From the IMG/VR virus record IMGVR_UViG_3300028591_000117, positions 32,001-96,000 of that record: DNA of 64,000 nucleotides. One strand, given 5' to 3'. The notes beneath the pieces were generated by a model. It was not told the origin of the DNA, did no database searches, and saw nothing but the letters and a program-made list of their open reading frames with translations. The position numbers and the translations under genes are program-made. Positions 9,715 to 19,694 of this stretch are shown here, one piece after another. Source of the DNA: a virus (Duplodnaviria; Caudoviricetes). Positions within the stretch are counted from its first letter, which is position 1. Every line of letters starts with the position of its first letter.

Positions 9715-10115
9715 TAGTTCTCATCTCCATATTCAATAAATATTTGAGTTTTATTATAACTCTCACAATTTAAATTATGTTCTTTTATTTTATTAAGAAC
9801 TTGTTGTAATGTGTCTCCACCTTCAAGAAAAATATTATCATAAATTAACCAACAAGCTTTCTTAGTATTCATATCTTCAACAGAGTATGTTCTACCACCA
9901 AATGTAGTTGTGTTAAAACCACTATTAGATATAATAATAGAATAAATATCTCTATCATCTGAATAAGGTTCTCCAGCATTACTACAAGCTGGTCTATCAT
10001 TCCAATCATCACCCCATTGACCTTCAAATTTACTAGTAAAATATACTCTAAAGATATCATAGTCTTCTAAGTTATTTATATAGCATAATTTATAGTCTAA
10101 AAACTTTTCTAGCAT
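9714..10115 (-). CDS. conserved phage hypothetical protein
   Basis: QWGDDWND.P...NAGEPY motif. Confidence 0.6.
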   Translation of the reverse strand: MLEKFLDYKLCYINNLEDYDIFRVYFTSKFEGQWGDDWNDRPACSNAGEPYSDDRDIYSIIISNSGFNTTTFGGRTYSVEDMNTKKACWLIYDNIFLEGGDTLQQVLNKIKEHNLNCESYNKTQIFIEYGDEN

Positions 10116-10180
10116 AATTAATTCCTCCTTAATATATTATATGAAAATAAAAAGAGGCTTAAAACCTCAATAAGATGCGA

Positions 10181-10336
10181 TTATTTTTGTTTGTATGTTT
10201 TACAACTGGTATTTTTAAAAGGAAAAAATCTTAACGTACTATTTTTAGTTACAGTACATTTTACATTCTTTTTATCAAAATAAGTGCAGTTTACACAAGA
10301 TTTTTCTTTTTGTTTTTTCTTAAAAAGACTAAACAC
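10181..10336 (-). CDS. small Cys-rich protein (51 aa, GTG start)
   Basis: AAGGAGGTG RBS; manual translation MFSLFKKKQKEKSCVNCTYF...KC...SCKTYKQK*. Confidence 0.6.
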   Translation of the reverse strand: MFSLFKKKQKEKSCVNCTYFDKKNVKCTVTKNSTLRFFPFKNTSCKTYKQK

Positions 10337-10356
10337 AATCACACCTCCTTATATAA

Positions 10357-11031
10357 TTACTTCTTAGAAACAGTTATTTTAATATAGTCTGATACAGCTG
10401 TGATTTCAGAATAAGGTTTTAAAATATCTAAGTTATTATTCCAAAAATCTTTTTGTTCTTCTCTAAATTTCTTCAAATCAAATTTATTCTTCTCAGAAGG
10501 TTCTACATAAGTAGACTGTATTTTATTATAATTAAATGTTTTATCATTATTATCATAGTTAAATGCGGCTCTTTGTAAAGGTAATAAATCAGCTTTTATT
10601 TTTTCTTGTTCTTCTTGAGCTACTTTTATTTCGTCAGCTTTAGAGTTAATTTTATCTATAAGCTCTTTATTTTCAAGTTTAATTTTAGAAATAAGACTAT
10701 CTAATTCTTGATTTAAAAGACTCATCTCTCCATCAAGCTTACTTAGTTTATTTTGGTAAGCTTCATATTCTGCAAGTTTATTCATTGCTTTAGCTCTGTT
10801 AAGCTCTCTTTCATCATCTGTTGTCTTAACTTCTTTATCATCTGTTTTTTCTCCATCTGTTGTGCTATCATTAGCCAACACTTGTGTTTCTTCTTTAGCT
10901 TCTTCAATAGGAACCTCCTTAGTAATATTTACTTCAACATCAGCGTCAACAAATAAATTTCCTGACATTGTATTTCCATTATTTGAAGATGCATTTAATA
11001 ATTCATCTAAGTTCATTGTATTAAATTCCAT
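10357..11031 (-). CDS. hypothetical coiled-coil protein
   Basis: Acidic N-terminus and heptad-rich middle. Confidence 0.6.
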   Translation of the reverse strand: MEFNTMNLDELLNASSNNGNTMSGNLFVDADVEVNITKEVPIEEAKEETQVLANDSTTDGEKTDDKEVKTTDDERELNRAKAMNKLAEYEAYQNKLSKLDGEMSLLNQELDSLISKIKLENKELIDKINSKADEIKVAQEEQEKIKADLLPLQRAAFNYDNNDKTFNYNKIQSTYVEPSEKNKFDLKKFREEQKDFWNNNLDILKPYSEITAVSDYIKITVSKK

Positions 11032-11085
11032 AATCTTAATCTCCTTTATATTATAATTATATGAATAATTATGAAATTTTTAAAT

Positions 11086-11115
11086 AAAAGCTTAGAGATT
11101 TATCTCTAAGCTTTT
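11086..11115 (-). terminator. intrinsic terminator
   Basis: aaaagcttagaga-ttta-tctctaagctttt, a perfect 13-bp stem. Confidence 0.8.
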
Positions 11116-11401
11116 ATAGTTGTTTCCATTTAGAGTCAATAGTATCTAAAGAAGCATTTAAATCTTTAGCAAGTTTAGCAAAATCAGGAGCCATTTTTCT
11201 ATCTATGTATCTCATTCCCTCTTCATCATTAGTTAGAAAATTAGCATAATCTGCAAAATATTTAGCAACACTTCTACCCATGTCATAAGCTTCAGTATTT
11301 GTTTCACTATAGTATCCATCTTCCTCATCAAAACTAGGAGCACATGCATACTTTTCAGCTTCAGTTAGGTTTTCTTTAATACTTTCATACAACTTATTCA
11401 T
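11114..11401 (-). CDS. putative head internal protein with MNKLYESIKENLTE leader
   Basis: 14-aa leader identical to that of the adjacent gene. Confidence 0.5.
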   Translation of the reverse strand: MNKLYESIKENLTEAEKYACAPSFDEEDGYYSETNTEAYDMGRSVAKYFADYANFLTNDEEGMRYIDRKMAPDFAKLAKDLNASLDTIDSKWKQL

Positions 11402-11410
11402 AACTACCTT

Positions 11411-11719
11411 CTATTGAAATGTTTCCATATATTCATTATTTAAATCTTTAAGTTCTTTAGCTTTTTCAGCTAGTCTTCTAACATACTCTACATCTTTATC
11501 ACTAATTTGAAACTCTCTATAGTTTCTATCACTGTCTGCTAGTACTTCTTTAAGAAGAGCATAAGACTCATTATAATACCTTACTAATTCATCCAATATA
11601 TCTATAATATCAGTGTTAGATATAGAATTCCATGGTCCATGTTCTTCAACACCAGATATATAATAATATTGAGCTCCTTCAGTTAAATTTTCTTTTATAC
11701 TTTCATATAACTTATTCAT
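11411..11719 (-). CDS. putative head internal protein with MNKLYESIKENLTE leader
   Basis: Same leader; start at the second Met (11719). Confidence 0.5.
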   Translation of the reverse strand: MNKLYESIKENLTEGAQYYYISGVEEHGPWNSISNTDIIDILDELVRYYNESYALLKEVLADSDRNYREFQISDKDVEYVRRLAEKAKELKDLNNEYMETFQ

Positions 11720-14303
11720 TCTCATTTACCTCCTCAGTAGGTTCTTCTACTGGTTCATCTAATAATTCTTCTTCAGGTTCTAAAAGTTCTTCTTCATCAT
11801 TTAATTTATCTTTAATAGCTACATATCTAGCAGAACTACGACCTTGTGGGTCAACTAGTAATGTATAACTATCATCATCAGTATTTATAACTTCAACACA
11901 TTTAAACTCACCTGATTTAGAAGTATCATTATATTCTTTTAACCAATCATATTTTTCAGATTTCAAATGATTTGCAAAATCTTCAAATTCTTTACCACTT
12001 AGCTCTTTAGTTCCTACTATCTTATAATTAGATTTATTAACTGTAATTCCATTTTGTTCAGCTGCTCTCATAGCTTTTACACTTTGTGGTTTTCTATGAA
12101 ATATTGCAACATCAGAACCACTTTCTTGTAATTCGTCTTCAGGTTCAGTTCCATCAGTTACAATTGGTTCATCTAATAACTCATCTTCAGCTTCATTTAA
12201 TTTAGCAGACTCATTCATATCACTCAATTTAGATAATACGTATTTTAAGTCTTCTATCACATGGCTTCCTCTTATATAAGAACTATCACATCTATCATAA
12301 CATTCACTTAAATAATCTGCTAAGCTATCTATACCAGAGTCTTTAAGTTCTCTGATTGCTTGTGAATACAATGAACCAGGATTATTTTCAGGGTATTCTC
12401 TTGCTTCATCTAAAAGTCTTTCAATCAAATCTTTAAGTTCATCTATAGAATAAGACTCTTTAATTTCTTTCACTTTTAATTTTTTAGCATCTACTTTAGT
12501 TTTCTTAGCTTTAGGTAGAGCTTCAACTTCAGTAGTATCAGTTAATTCTTCTTCAGTTTTTCCAGTAGTATTATCTTGGTTAGGTTCTTTTTCTATTTTA
12601 AACTTCTTAGTTTCTTTATTTCTAGCATCATGCTGTTTAAGATGATTTTCTTGTCTTTCTTCATCTTTTTCAATAGCTCTACCATCAGCAAAGTTCATTC
12701 CACCATCTTCATAAGGTTCATTTACCATTGGAACAACTTCTTCTTTAAGTTTTCTTGAATTCATTATATCAAAGATAACTCCTTCAAAATGTTTTACTGG
12801 GTCTTTAGTTTTACCACAATATTCTTTAATAATCTGTGATTTACTATTACGAACTACGCATTCTTTAAGAGCTTTATCTCCATAAACTTCAAGCATAAAT
12901 ACATTCTTATACTCACCAATTGACTCATTTAATCTTGGTAATGTTAGTTCTAATATAGCACTTGAATAACTTTCATTAGTTTTCTTATGAGTACCTTTAC
13001 GAGTTAAGAAACTATTTATCTCACCCCAGTTATTAGTACCTAAAGCTTCAGTTAAGCTTTCGTCAAGGTCATTTAGTATATTAGCCATATCTATGGCTCT
13101 TACATCACCTGTGTCTGTATTATCTAACTCAGTAATATCTAAGATTTGATAATCAAATTCTGGATTTTGATAGATTTCTACATTTTGGTTTTGATTATAA
13201 CCATCAGCTTCTTCTAATTTAACATCTTTTAAAAGCTCATCGTCAGCATAAGCAGACCAATTACAATCTGTAGTATCTAGATTTTTAACAATATTATACC
13301 AAGCTTCTAGAGCTTTATTTACATTATTATTTTTACTTTTATTTAGATGACTCTTAGTAATTTCAGGAATATCTTCGTCGTCATCATAACCAATACTGTC
13401 AATAATACTCATAAGCTCATCAAAGTCAGCATTATATTTCTTAGCTAACTCTTTAATAGCTATTTCATGAGCTTCTTCTGCATATTCAAAATCATCTGAA
13501 GTAGCTTCTTCTATCTTTTCATCTTTTTTATCTGATTTATCACATTCTTCTACTTTAGAGTTATTTATTTCTTCTTCATTTTCTTCAGTAGGTTTTTCTA
13601 ATACCTCTTCATTAACTGCAGACTTATCTAAGTCTTCATCATCTTCTTCTGTATCTTCAGTTGGTTCATCAATTTCTTCAGTAGGTTCTACATTTTCAAT
13701 ATCTTCAGCTGGAACTTCTTCTACAGCTCCATCTAAAGGTAGTTCTTCAGTAGGCTCAGCTATATCCATCTCAGCAGGTAGTATATCTTGAGTATTATCT
13801 ACATTAACTGTAACACCATTTCCAGAAGTAATAGTATTTCCGTTATCTTCAACAGTAACTCCAGTTTCATCAGAAGTAATAGTTGTAGAACCAGTATCTA
13901 TCGTAACAGACTCATTATAGAAACTATCTGGACTATTATGAGTATTGACCCAATCAGTTAATGTTTCAGATACAAGCGTATAAAAATCATCTAAATCTAA
14001 ACCTTTAGTTTCTTCTACATAACCATTATATTTTATTGGTAGCACAACGTCTCTATTTAACTCAATTTCTCCATTTTTATCAGGTTCTCCACCATAAGCC
14101 GTAACATTAAATGTTACCCATCCATTAGTATTACCTGAAGTATCTTCTTTATAAGAAGCATCATTAAGGAAAAAGTCACTACCATCAAATATTTCTTCAG
14201 CAGCTCTTTCAACAGCTTGCTCTCTACTTTCAATATTGTAGATACTCTCATCATTAAGACTTTCAAATAAACTTCTTGTATTACTATTATTTAATAATCT
14301 CAT
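11712..14303 (-). CDS. large acidic multi-domain protein, putative protease-processed head polyprotein; C-terminal DUF6329-like domain
   Basis: Many hydrophobic-x-E-[SA] sites (LFES, YNES, IEEA, LEEA, LDES, LTEA, LNES, IKES, MNES, LNEA, LQES). Terminal domain FHRKP...ELS..EF..F...KCVEV...LLVDPQG...ARYV. Confidence 0.5.
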   Translation of the reverse strand: MRLLNNSNTRSLFESLNDESIYNIESREQAVERAAEEIFDGSDFFLNDASYKEDTSGNTNGWVTFNVTAYGGEPDKNGEIELNRDVVLPIKYNGYVEETKGLDLDDFYTLVSETLTDWVNTHNSPDSFYNESVTIDTGSTTITSDETGVTVEDNGNTITSGNGVTVNVDNTQDILPAEMDIAEPTEELPLDGAVEEVPAEDIENVEPTEEIDEPTEDTEEDDEDLDKSAVNEEVLEKPTEENEEEINNSKVEECDKSDKKDEKIEEATSDDFEYAEEAHEIAIKELAKKYNADFDELMSIIDSIGYDDDEDIPEITKSHLNKSKNNNVNKALEAWYNIVKNLDTTDCNWSAYADDELLKDVKLEEADGYNQNQNVEIYQNPEFDYQILDITELDNTDTGDVRAIDMANILNDLDESLTEALGTNNWGEINSFLTRKGTHKKTNESYSSAILELTLPRLNESIGEYKNVFMLEVYGDKALKECVVRNSKSQIIKEYCGKTKDPVKHFEGVIFDIMNSRKLKEEVVPMVNEPYEDGGMNFADGRAIEKDEERQENHLKQHDARNKETKKFKIEKEPNQDNTTGKTEEELTDTTEVEALPKAKKTKVDAKKLKVKEIKESYSIDELKDLIERLLDEAREYPENNPGSLYSQAIRELKDSGIDSLADYLSECYDRCDSSYIRGSHVIEDLKYVLSKLSDMNESAKLNEAEDELLDEPIVTDGTEPEDELQESGSDVAIFHRKPQSVKAMRAAEQNGITVNKSNYKIVGTKELSGKEFEDFANHLKSEKYDWLKEYNDTSKSGEFKCVEVINTDDDSYTLLVDPQGRSSARYVAIKDKLNDEEELLEPEEELLDEPVEEPTEEVNENE

Positions 14304-15589
14304 TATTCTTCCTCCTCTTCTTCATCTTCTGCAGGAATTTCTTCATCTGTAGGTTCTTCAAATTCTTCATCTGAGAACTCATCGTCTATAGGTTCTTCCA
14401 TAGGAACTTCTTCTGGAATTTCATCTTCTATTTCCTCTTCTTCATGTTCTTCTCTCTTATCTTCAGGAAGTTCATTCATTAAGAAATTCATAACACTTTC
14501 ATGTGAAGCTTCAATACCAGCATATTGTTCTTTATCTTCATCACTCATTTCAGGTGATAAATATACAACATTAACTTGATTTAAAAATTTATCAAAAGTA
14601 TCTGGAGCTTTAATCCATTTATATTCAAATGATTGTTCTCCATCTTCTTCAGCTTCATTTTCAATCTCTTCAGCTTTTTCATTTTGCTCAGAAGGTTCAG
14701 TCTCAGTATTTTCTGGTCTATTAGAAGTTAAGAACTCAATATCTGGACCATTTAAACGACCTATACAAACCATATTATCATTAATTAAAAATAATCTATA
14801 GTCTAAGTCAACTAATAAATCTCTTAGTTCATCATACTCAGGAACTGTAGCATAGAATGGTTGTTCAATGTCATCTTTAATTGTATCTTCTTCATCTTCT
14901 TGAGCTTCTTCTTGAACTTCATCATCTGACATTTCTTCATCTTCTGGAGCTTCAGTTGGTTCATCAATTGGAAGTTCATCAGTTGGTTCATCAATTGGAA
15001 GTTCATCAGTATTTACTTCAAATTCTTCATCTTCTGGAGCTTCAGTTAATATTTTACTATTACTAGAGCTTGTAGACTCAAGCATTCCTTCTAGTTCTTT
15101 TATTTCAGACTCAACAGCCTCGCGTTCATCTTCAGAAATAGCTTTATCAGATAAAGATTGTTTTAATTCACCAATTCTATCTTCTAATTCTTTCTTTTTA
15201 GCTGTATCTATATTTTTATTATCTCTTTCTATTTCTTCAACTGATGGATTTTCTATATTTACCTCTTCATTTACATCACTAGGTTCAGGTTTAACTACAT
15301 GTGGGTCTCGTAATTTTCCACCAGTATAATTAATCATAGCTTCTTCTACACCACAATCTGGACAAATATATGTTCTATTATCATATCTAGATAGTGCTGG
15401 ATAATCTGTATAAGTTCTTCCACATCTTGGACAAAACTTCTTAGTTACATTATCATAAGGAAAATCTTCGGTATCTTCCTCTTGAACAAATGCTCTATCT
15501 TCTCTAAGAACTTTAATTGAAGTACTTATACTATTTCTATTTAATCTTGAAACTTCATTAAAGATTAAATTAGTTAAATTTTTACTCAT
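14303..15589 (-). CDS. acidic putative head protein with Zn-ribbon
   Basis: RBS favours the MSKNL start at 15589. CPRCGRTY...PALSRYDN.TYICPDCG motif; D/E/P-rich repeats. Confidence 0.55.
   Translation of the reverse strand: MSKNLTNLIFNEVSRLNRNSISTSIKVLREDRAFVQEEDTEDFPYDNVTKKFCPRCGRTYTDYPALSRYDNRTYICPDCGVEEAMINYTGGKLRDPHVVKPEPSDVNEEVNIENPSVEEIERDNKNIDTAKKKELEDRIGELKQSLSDKAISEDEREAVESEIKELEGMLESTSSSNSKILTEAPEDEEFEVNTDELPIDEPTDELPIDEPTEAPEDEEMSDDEVQEEAQEDEEDTIKDDIEQPFYATVPEYDELRDLLVDLDYRLFLINDNMVCIGRLNGPDIEFLTSNRPENTETEPSEQNEKAEEIENEAEEDGEQSFEYKWIKAPDTFDKFLNQVNVVYLSPEMSDEDKEQYAGIEASHESVMNFLMNELPEDKREEHEEEEIEDEIPEEVPMEEPIDDEFSDEEFEEPTDEEIPAEDEEEEEE
14933..15047. repeat. intragenic direct repeats (27-nt tandem DELPIDEPT x2, flanked by TEAPEDEE x2)
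   Basis: ggttcatcaattggaagttcatcagt occurs twice in tandem; ttcttcatcttctggagcttcagtt at 14933 and 15023. Confidence 0.85.
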
Positions 15590-15599
15590 ATTTTCCTCC

Positions 15600-16025
15600 T
15601 TAAAAATCTTTATAGTAACTAAATGTTTTTTCATAATATCGAACTACTCTATCCATTTTACTTCTTTCGTCATTCATCATATCTTGAATTTGTTGAAGTA
15701 TAGATATAAAATAATCTAGTTGTCTATTTTGTTGAATTCCTAACTCAGTATTTCTATCTAACTGGTCTTTCAATAACTTAATCTTAAAAATAGTATTTTT
15801 AATATCAAGTATAAAATCAATAACTAAATCATTTCGCTCAATAACATCATGATAAACATTAGTCATAACTTTATTATCTTCTAACTCTACAACAGTTAGT
15901 ATTTTAACTTTATCTAAATTTAGATAATCTTCTTTTTTATTAGTAATTTCTTGAACCATACTTCTAATTTTAGATAAACTATCTTGAGGTTTATCCATAT
16001 ATTTATTTAAATCTTCCATATACAA
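15600..16025 (-). CDS. hypothetical coiled-coil protein
   Basis: ORF track. Confidence 0.55.
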   Translation of the reverse strand: MYMEDLNKYMDKPQDSLSKIRSMVQEITNKKEDYLNLDKVKILTVVELEDNKVMTNVYHDVIERNDLVIDFILDIKNTIFKIKLLKDQLDRNTELGIQQNRQLDYFISILQQIQDMMNDERSKMDRVVRYYEKTFSYYKDF

Positions 16026-16052
16026 TTCTCCTTATTATATACTATGAACTGA

Positions 16053-17330
16053 TTATTCTTCTTTTAGTTCATTGTCAGGATTAACTCCGCATCTCTCTAA
16101 AAAATCTTTCATTGCAGACTCTTCAGAGTCATGTTCAACTTCGTTATCAGACTCATTTTCAAAAACAAAATAACTTTCATTTTCTTTTATACAAGTTACA
16201 TTTCCTTGTTGCATAACTACTCTCTTATCTTCTTTTTCAGATTTCTTAGCAGACTCAGTCAAACTTTCATCTAAAACATTTGAAATAACTTGTATATTAT
16301 TATCTTTATCCTTATAAGCACAATAAATAAGCTCTCCACTATTAGATTTATAATTAGTTATATCTGTAAATTCTAAACCATCATTAAAACCACCACTAAT
16401 ATCTTCAGCAAAACCATTAAATGGTTCTTTAGCTTTAATTACTAATCCAAATGTTCCTTGTACACCATCACTAATATAACCTTTAGCATAACTTAAAGCT
16501 TCTTCTGCAGTTTTAGTAACTCCATAGTTTTCATCCATTATCTTATAAGGTATTCCAGAGTCTTGAAAATCAAAGAAATCTTCTTCATTAGCTTCAGGTC
16601 TAGTTTCATCTAAACAAATTCCAACTAAAAAATAATAAATATCTTTTAAATTATTAGTATCTACAGACTCATCTACAGAACCATATCTTCTTTCCATTCT
16701 TTCAGTAGCGTCAGCTTCTTCTTCAGCAGCAAAGTTAGTATCACCATCATCATACTCATAATCATCACTAAAATCTCTACTATCTAAACAATTATATGTA
16801 TTTCTAATAATTTTCTCAGCTTCATTAGCAGCTTCTAAATCATCATTATCCCAAATATCATAAAACATTCCAGTAAAGTATTCATTTATATCATCATTAG
16901 TAACATCTGAATATAACTCATCACCATATTTATCCATTAAGAACAATCTAAAATCTCTCTTAACTGTGTCTTCAAACTCTGGGTCATTTATATCAGTTAT
17001 TGACTCTTTAACTACTTTTCTAGAGTTTCTTCTATCTTTAGCAACTATCTTTCTTAGTAATCCAGCCTCAGTATGAAAATTAGAGTCAGTTAAATCTTTA
17101 AGTATTCTTCTTAACATACCTTTTCTTTTAATTTCAGGTCCATATTCTTGCCAAAACTCTTCTAACTTAGGTAATACCATAGCAACTCGTTCTTCTTGAG
17201 AAGCTTCATTCCACTTACTAGTATCAAAATCTAAGTTCATAATCATTTCAGCATATTTACAAGGGTTCCAAAAGTCTTCTTTTAGTAAATTATAAATATT
17301 CTTAGTATTACTATTTTCTATTAGTCTCAT
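16053..17330 (-). CDS. acidic multi-domain putative head polyprotein
   Basis: N-terminus MRLIENSNTKNIY is paralogous to MRLLNNSNTRSLF of 11712..14303. VKES, VDES and LDESLTES sites separate the domains. Confidence 0.5.
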   Translation of the reverse strand: MRLIENSNTKNIYNLLKEDFWNPCKYAEMIMNLDFDTSKWNEASQEERVAMVLPKLEEFWQEYGPEIKRKGMLRRILKDLTDSNFHTEAGLLRKIVAKDRRNSRKVVKESITDINDPEFEDTVKRDFRLFLMDKYGDELYSDVTNDDINEYFTGMFYDIWDNDDLEAANEAEKIIRNTYNCLDSRDFSDDYEYDDGDTNFAAEEEADATERMERRYGSVDESVDTNNLKDIYYFLVGICLDETRPEANEEDFFDFQDSGIPYKIMDENYGVTKTAEEALSYAKGYISDGVQGTFGLVIKAKEPFNGFAEDISGGFNDGLEFTDITNYKSNSGELIYCAYKDKDNNIQVISNVLDESLTESAKKSEKEDKRVVMQQGNVTCIKENESYFVFENESDNEVEHDSEESAMKDFLERCGVNPDNELKEE

Positions 17331-17343
17331 ACTATCCTCCTTT

Positions 17344-17604
17344 CTAAATTTTTCTAACTATTAATTTAATTAACGTTTTTTCTTGGCTTTCAACCTCAGT
17401 TAGGTCAAAGCTAGGGTCTATTACAAGATTAATTCCAACTGGAGCAGCAAATGATTTAGCTATTATAACTGACTTAACAGCTTGGTTTAATGAACCAGCT
17501 CCAAGACAGCTTAATTCTAATTCATCACAATTTTTAATATTAGTAAATATTGCTCCACCTAGCTTTTTTATATCTGTACTAGATTTTACTCTAAATGTTA
17601 TCAT
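17344..17604 (-). CDS. spoVS: stage V sporulation protein S homologue
   Basis: GAGSLNQAVKSVIIAKSFAAP.G..L...PSF...E.TLIKLIV matches SpoVS. AAAGGAGG RBS gives an 86-aa protein from 17604. Confidence 0.9.
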   Translation of the reverse strand: MITFRVKSSTDIKKLGGAIFTNIKNCDELELSCLGAGSLNQAVKSVIIAKSFAAPVGINLVIDPSFDLTEVESQEKTLIKLIVRKI

Positions 17605-17660
17605 AAATATTCCTCCTTTTTTAATGCTATCTATAATAAATAAATAAAAAGAAGACATTT

Positions 17661-18359
17661 TTAATGTCTTTTATTACTATCTTGTATATTTATTAAGATA
17701 TTTAATAAACGTAACTCAGGATTGTCTATATTAAACTCTAGAGCATTATCTATAGCTTCAAGAGTATTATCAAGCTTAACTCCTTTATACATCTCTAGTT
17801 TCTTCTTATAATTAAATGAATTACCTGTATAACTCTTAGACTTAGCTTTTAATAAAAATGTTAAAATACTAGACTCTAAAATATATGGTTTATTATTTTC
17901 TAAACATCTAAAATATGATTTTATAAACTCAAATTTAGATTTATTTAACTCATCTATCATTGTAAGAAAATTATTCTCGTCTTCAATCTTATTTATTTTC
18001 CATTTACCTGAAACCCACTTTATTTTTACCATCTCATCAAATTGGTCTTGAGGTATATTATCTATAATTTCCTCTAAATATTTAGGCATTGTAGCATTTC
18101 GCCACTTCTCAAATATTATATTTGCTATAACTCTTCTATCATCTAAGTTAATATCTGAATAAAAAGCTTTAACTATAAAATCAATGTTATTAGCTCTATA
18201 AATATTTATAAAAGTATCAGCTAAGTCATTACTTCCATAGTATATAGCTGGCTTTGTTGGTTTTTCTGGTATATTAGTTTCATTAATAAGTTGATATCTT
18301 GGAAACATAAATCTCAGCTTATTTACATTTCCAGCAGTTAATCTTTTATTTACAATCAT
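17661..18359 (-). CDS. hypothetical protein
   Basis: ORF track. Confidence 0.55.
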   Translation of the reverse strand: MIVNKRLTAGNVNKLRFMFPRYQLINETNIPEKPTKPAIYYGSNDLADTFINIYRANNIDFIVKAFYSDINLDDRRVIANIIFEKWRNATMPKYLEEIIDNIPQDQFDEMVKIKWVSGKWKINKIEDENNFLTMIDELNKSKFEFIKSYFRCLENNKPYILESSILTFLLKAKSKSYTGNSFNYKKKLEMYKGVKLDNTLEAIDNALEFNIDNPELRLLNILINIQDSNKRH

Positions 18360-18817
18360 AATTCACCTGAAAATAACTCAACATACTTATTCATGTTATA
18401 TTTATTTTTTAAATAGTATAACTCAGGACTATTAATTGCACAATACTTATCAAAGCTAATATTGCTATCATCTTCTTTCCATAGTTCTAAAGCTTCTTTA
18501 GCACATACTAACTTTGAACTAAACTTAGTAGAATATTTAATAATGTATTTAACTTTAGGTAATATATTTTCTAAATTTGCAGTATCTTCGGCTAATATTA
18601 CGATAGGAACGTCAGTATCTAGAAATGAAGTATCTGAAGAAAAAGAACAAACTTCAAATACATTTATAGTTTTTTTAAAGGGGGTTTCTTTTGATATATT
18701 TATATGAATTTCATTTCTATTATAATGGTCTCTTACTAACTTAGCAGCTTCTCCTAGTAAAAGAACAGGTGAAATAATACTTATATTTTTTAATTGATTG
18801 CCCAAATCATATAACAT
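18356..18817 (-). CDS. hypothetical protein (weak resemblance to a degenerate clamp-loader subunit)
   Basis: PVLLLG...PIVILA...ILPKVK. Start moved to 18817 after the promoter motif at 18841-18851 and a GGAGG RBS. Confidence 0.4.
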   Translation of the reverse strand: MLYDLGNQLKNISIISPVLLLGEAAKLVRDHYNRNEIHINISKETPFKKTINVFEVCSFSSDTSFLDTDVPIVILAEDTANLENILPKVKYIIKYSTKFSSKLVCAKEALELWKEDDSNISFDKYCAINSPELYYLKNKYNMNKYVELFSGEL

Positions 18818-18862
18818 AATATTAACCTCCGATACTATTATATTATATGAAAATAAAAGCAC

Positions 18863-19234
18863 TTATATAAAGTGCTCTGAAACATTTTTATGTTTATCTA
18901 CTAGTGTTAATAAGTTTTTAATATCTACGTTTAATGTTTCTAAGTTTCCTTCTCCATCATCTATAAAACTTTGAAATCCTTCAAGGTATCTTCCAACTAA
19001 AACCTCAAATACTCCTTCAGAAACATCTTCCATATCAGTAGGAGTATATGTAAAACCATAATTATCTAATAAATTAGATATTCGTTCTAAATCTCTTGAT
19101 AAATTATTTAATACAAATATTCTATCTTTATTATGTGTATCAAAATAATCTTTATATCTATTAACTAGTACTTGTAAAGCATCATCAATCTTTTCATAAA
19201 ATATTTTCATATTTTTAATTTCTTCAAAAATCAT
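18863..19234 (-). CDS. hypothetical protein
   Basis: ORF track. Confidence 0.55.
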   Translation of the reverse strand: MIFEEIKNMKIFYEKIDDALQVLVNRYKDYFDTHNKDRIFVLNNLSRDLERISNLLDNYGFTYTPTDMEDVSEGVFEVLVGRYLEGFQSFIDDGEGNLETLNVDIKNLLTLVDKHKNVSEHFI

Positions 19235-19635
19235 AACTCTATTCTCCTATCTATATAATGTCTTCTTATAAGTAATTTTCCACTACTACTTATATCTTGT
19301 TTATGTTTAGCTTCAAACTCATATAAAGCTTCGCGTATTGCTAACAATTGTTCTTTAGTTGGAGGCTTCTGTTGCCTATTAATTTCTAAAAGTATATTAT
19401 TAATATAGTTATATATTTCAAATTCTCTATCTTCTATTATATGAAGATATGGATGTGATGTATCTTTTACTAATAATGCACCATTTTCAATTGTTTTAGG
19501 TCCACCATCGGACTTTTTAATTATATGATGATAACTTAAATCATTTACAGTTCTAAAAGTATAACCCATAAAATCATAATGTTTTATTCGATAGATTTCA
19601 CGCATATCAGATATTATTTGACTCACGTTCATCAA
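19231..19635 (-). CDS. HNH endonuclease
   Basis: YHHIIKKSDGG..TIENGALL....H..LH. Confidence 0.8.
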   Translation of the reverse strand: MMNVSQIISDMREIYRIKHYDFMGYTFRTVNDLSYHHIIKKSDGGPKTIENGALLVKDTSHPYLHIIEDREFEIYNYINNILLEINRQQKPPTKEQLLAIREALYEFEAKHKQDISSSGKLLIRRHYIDRRIEL

Positions 19636-19694
19636 TCTCCTTTAAATTATCTACATAATTAATATATAAAAAGAACTCAATTTAGAGTTCTTTT

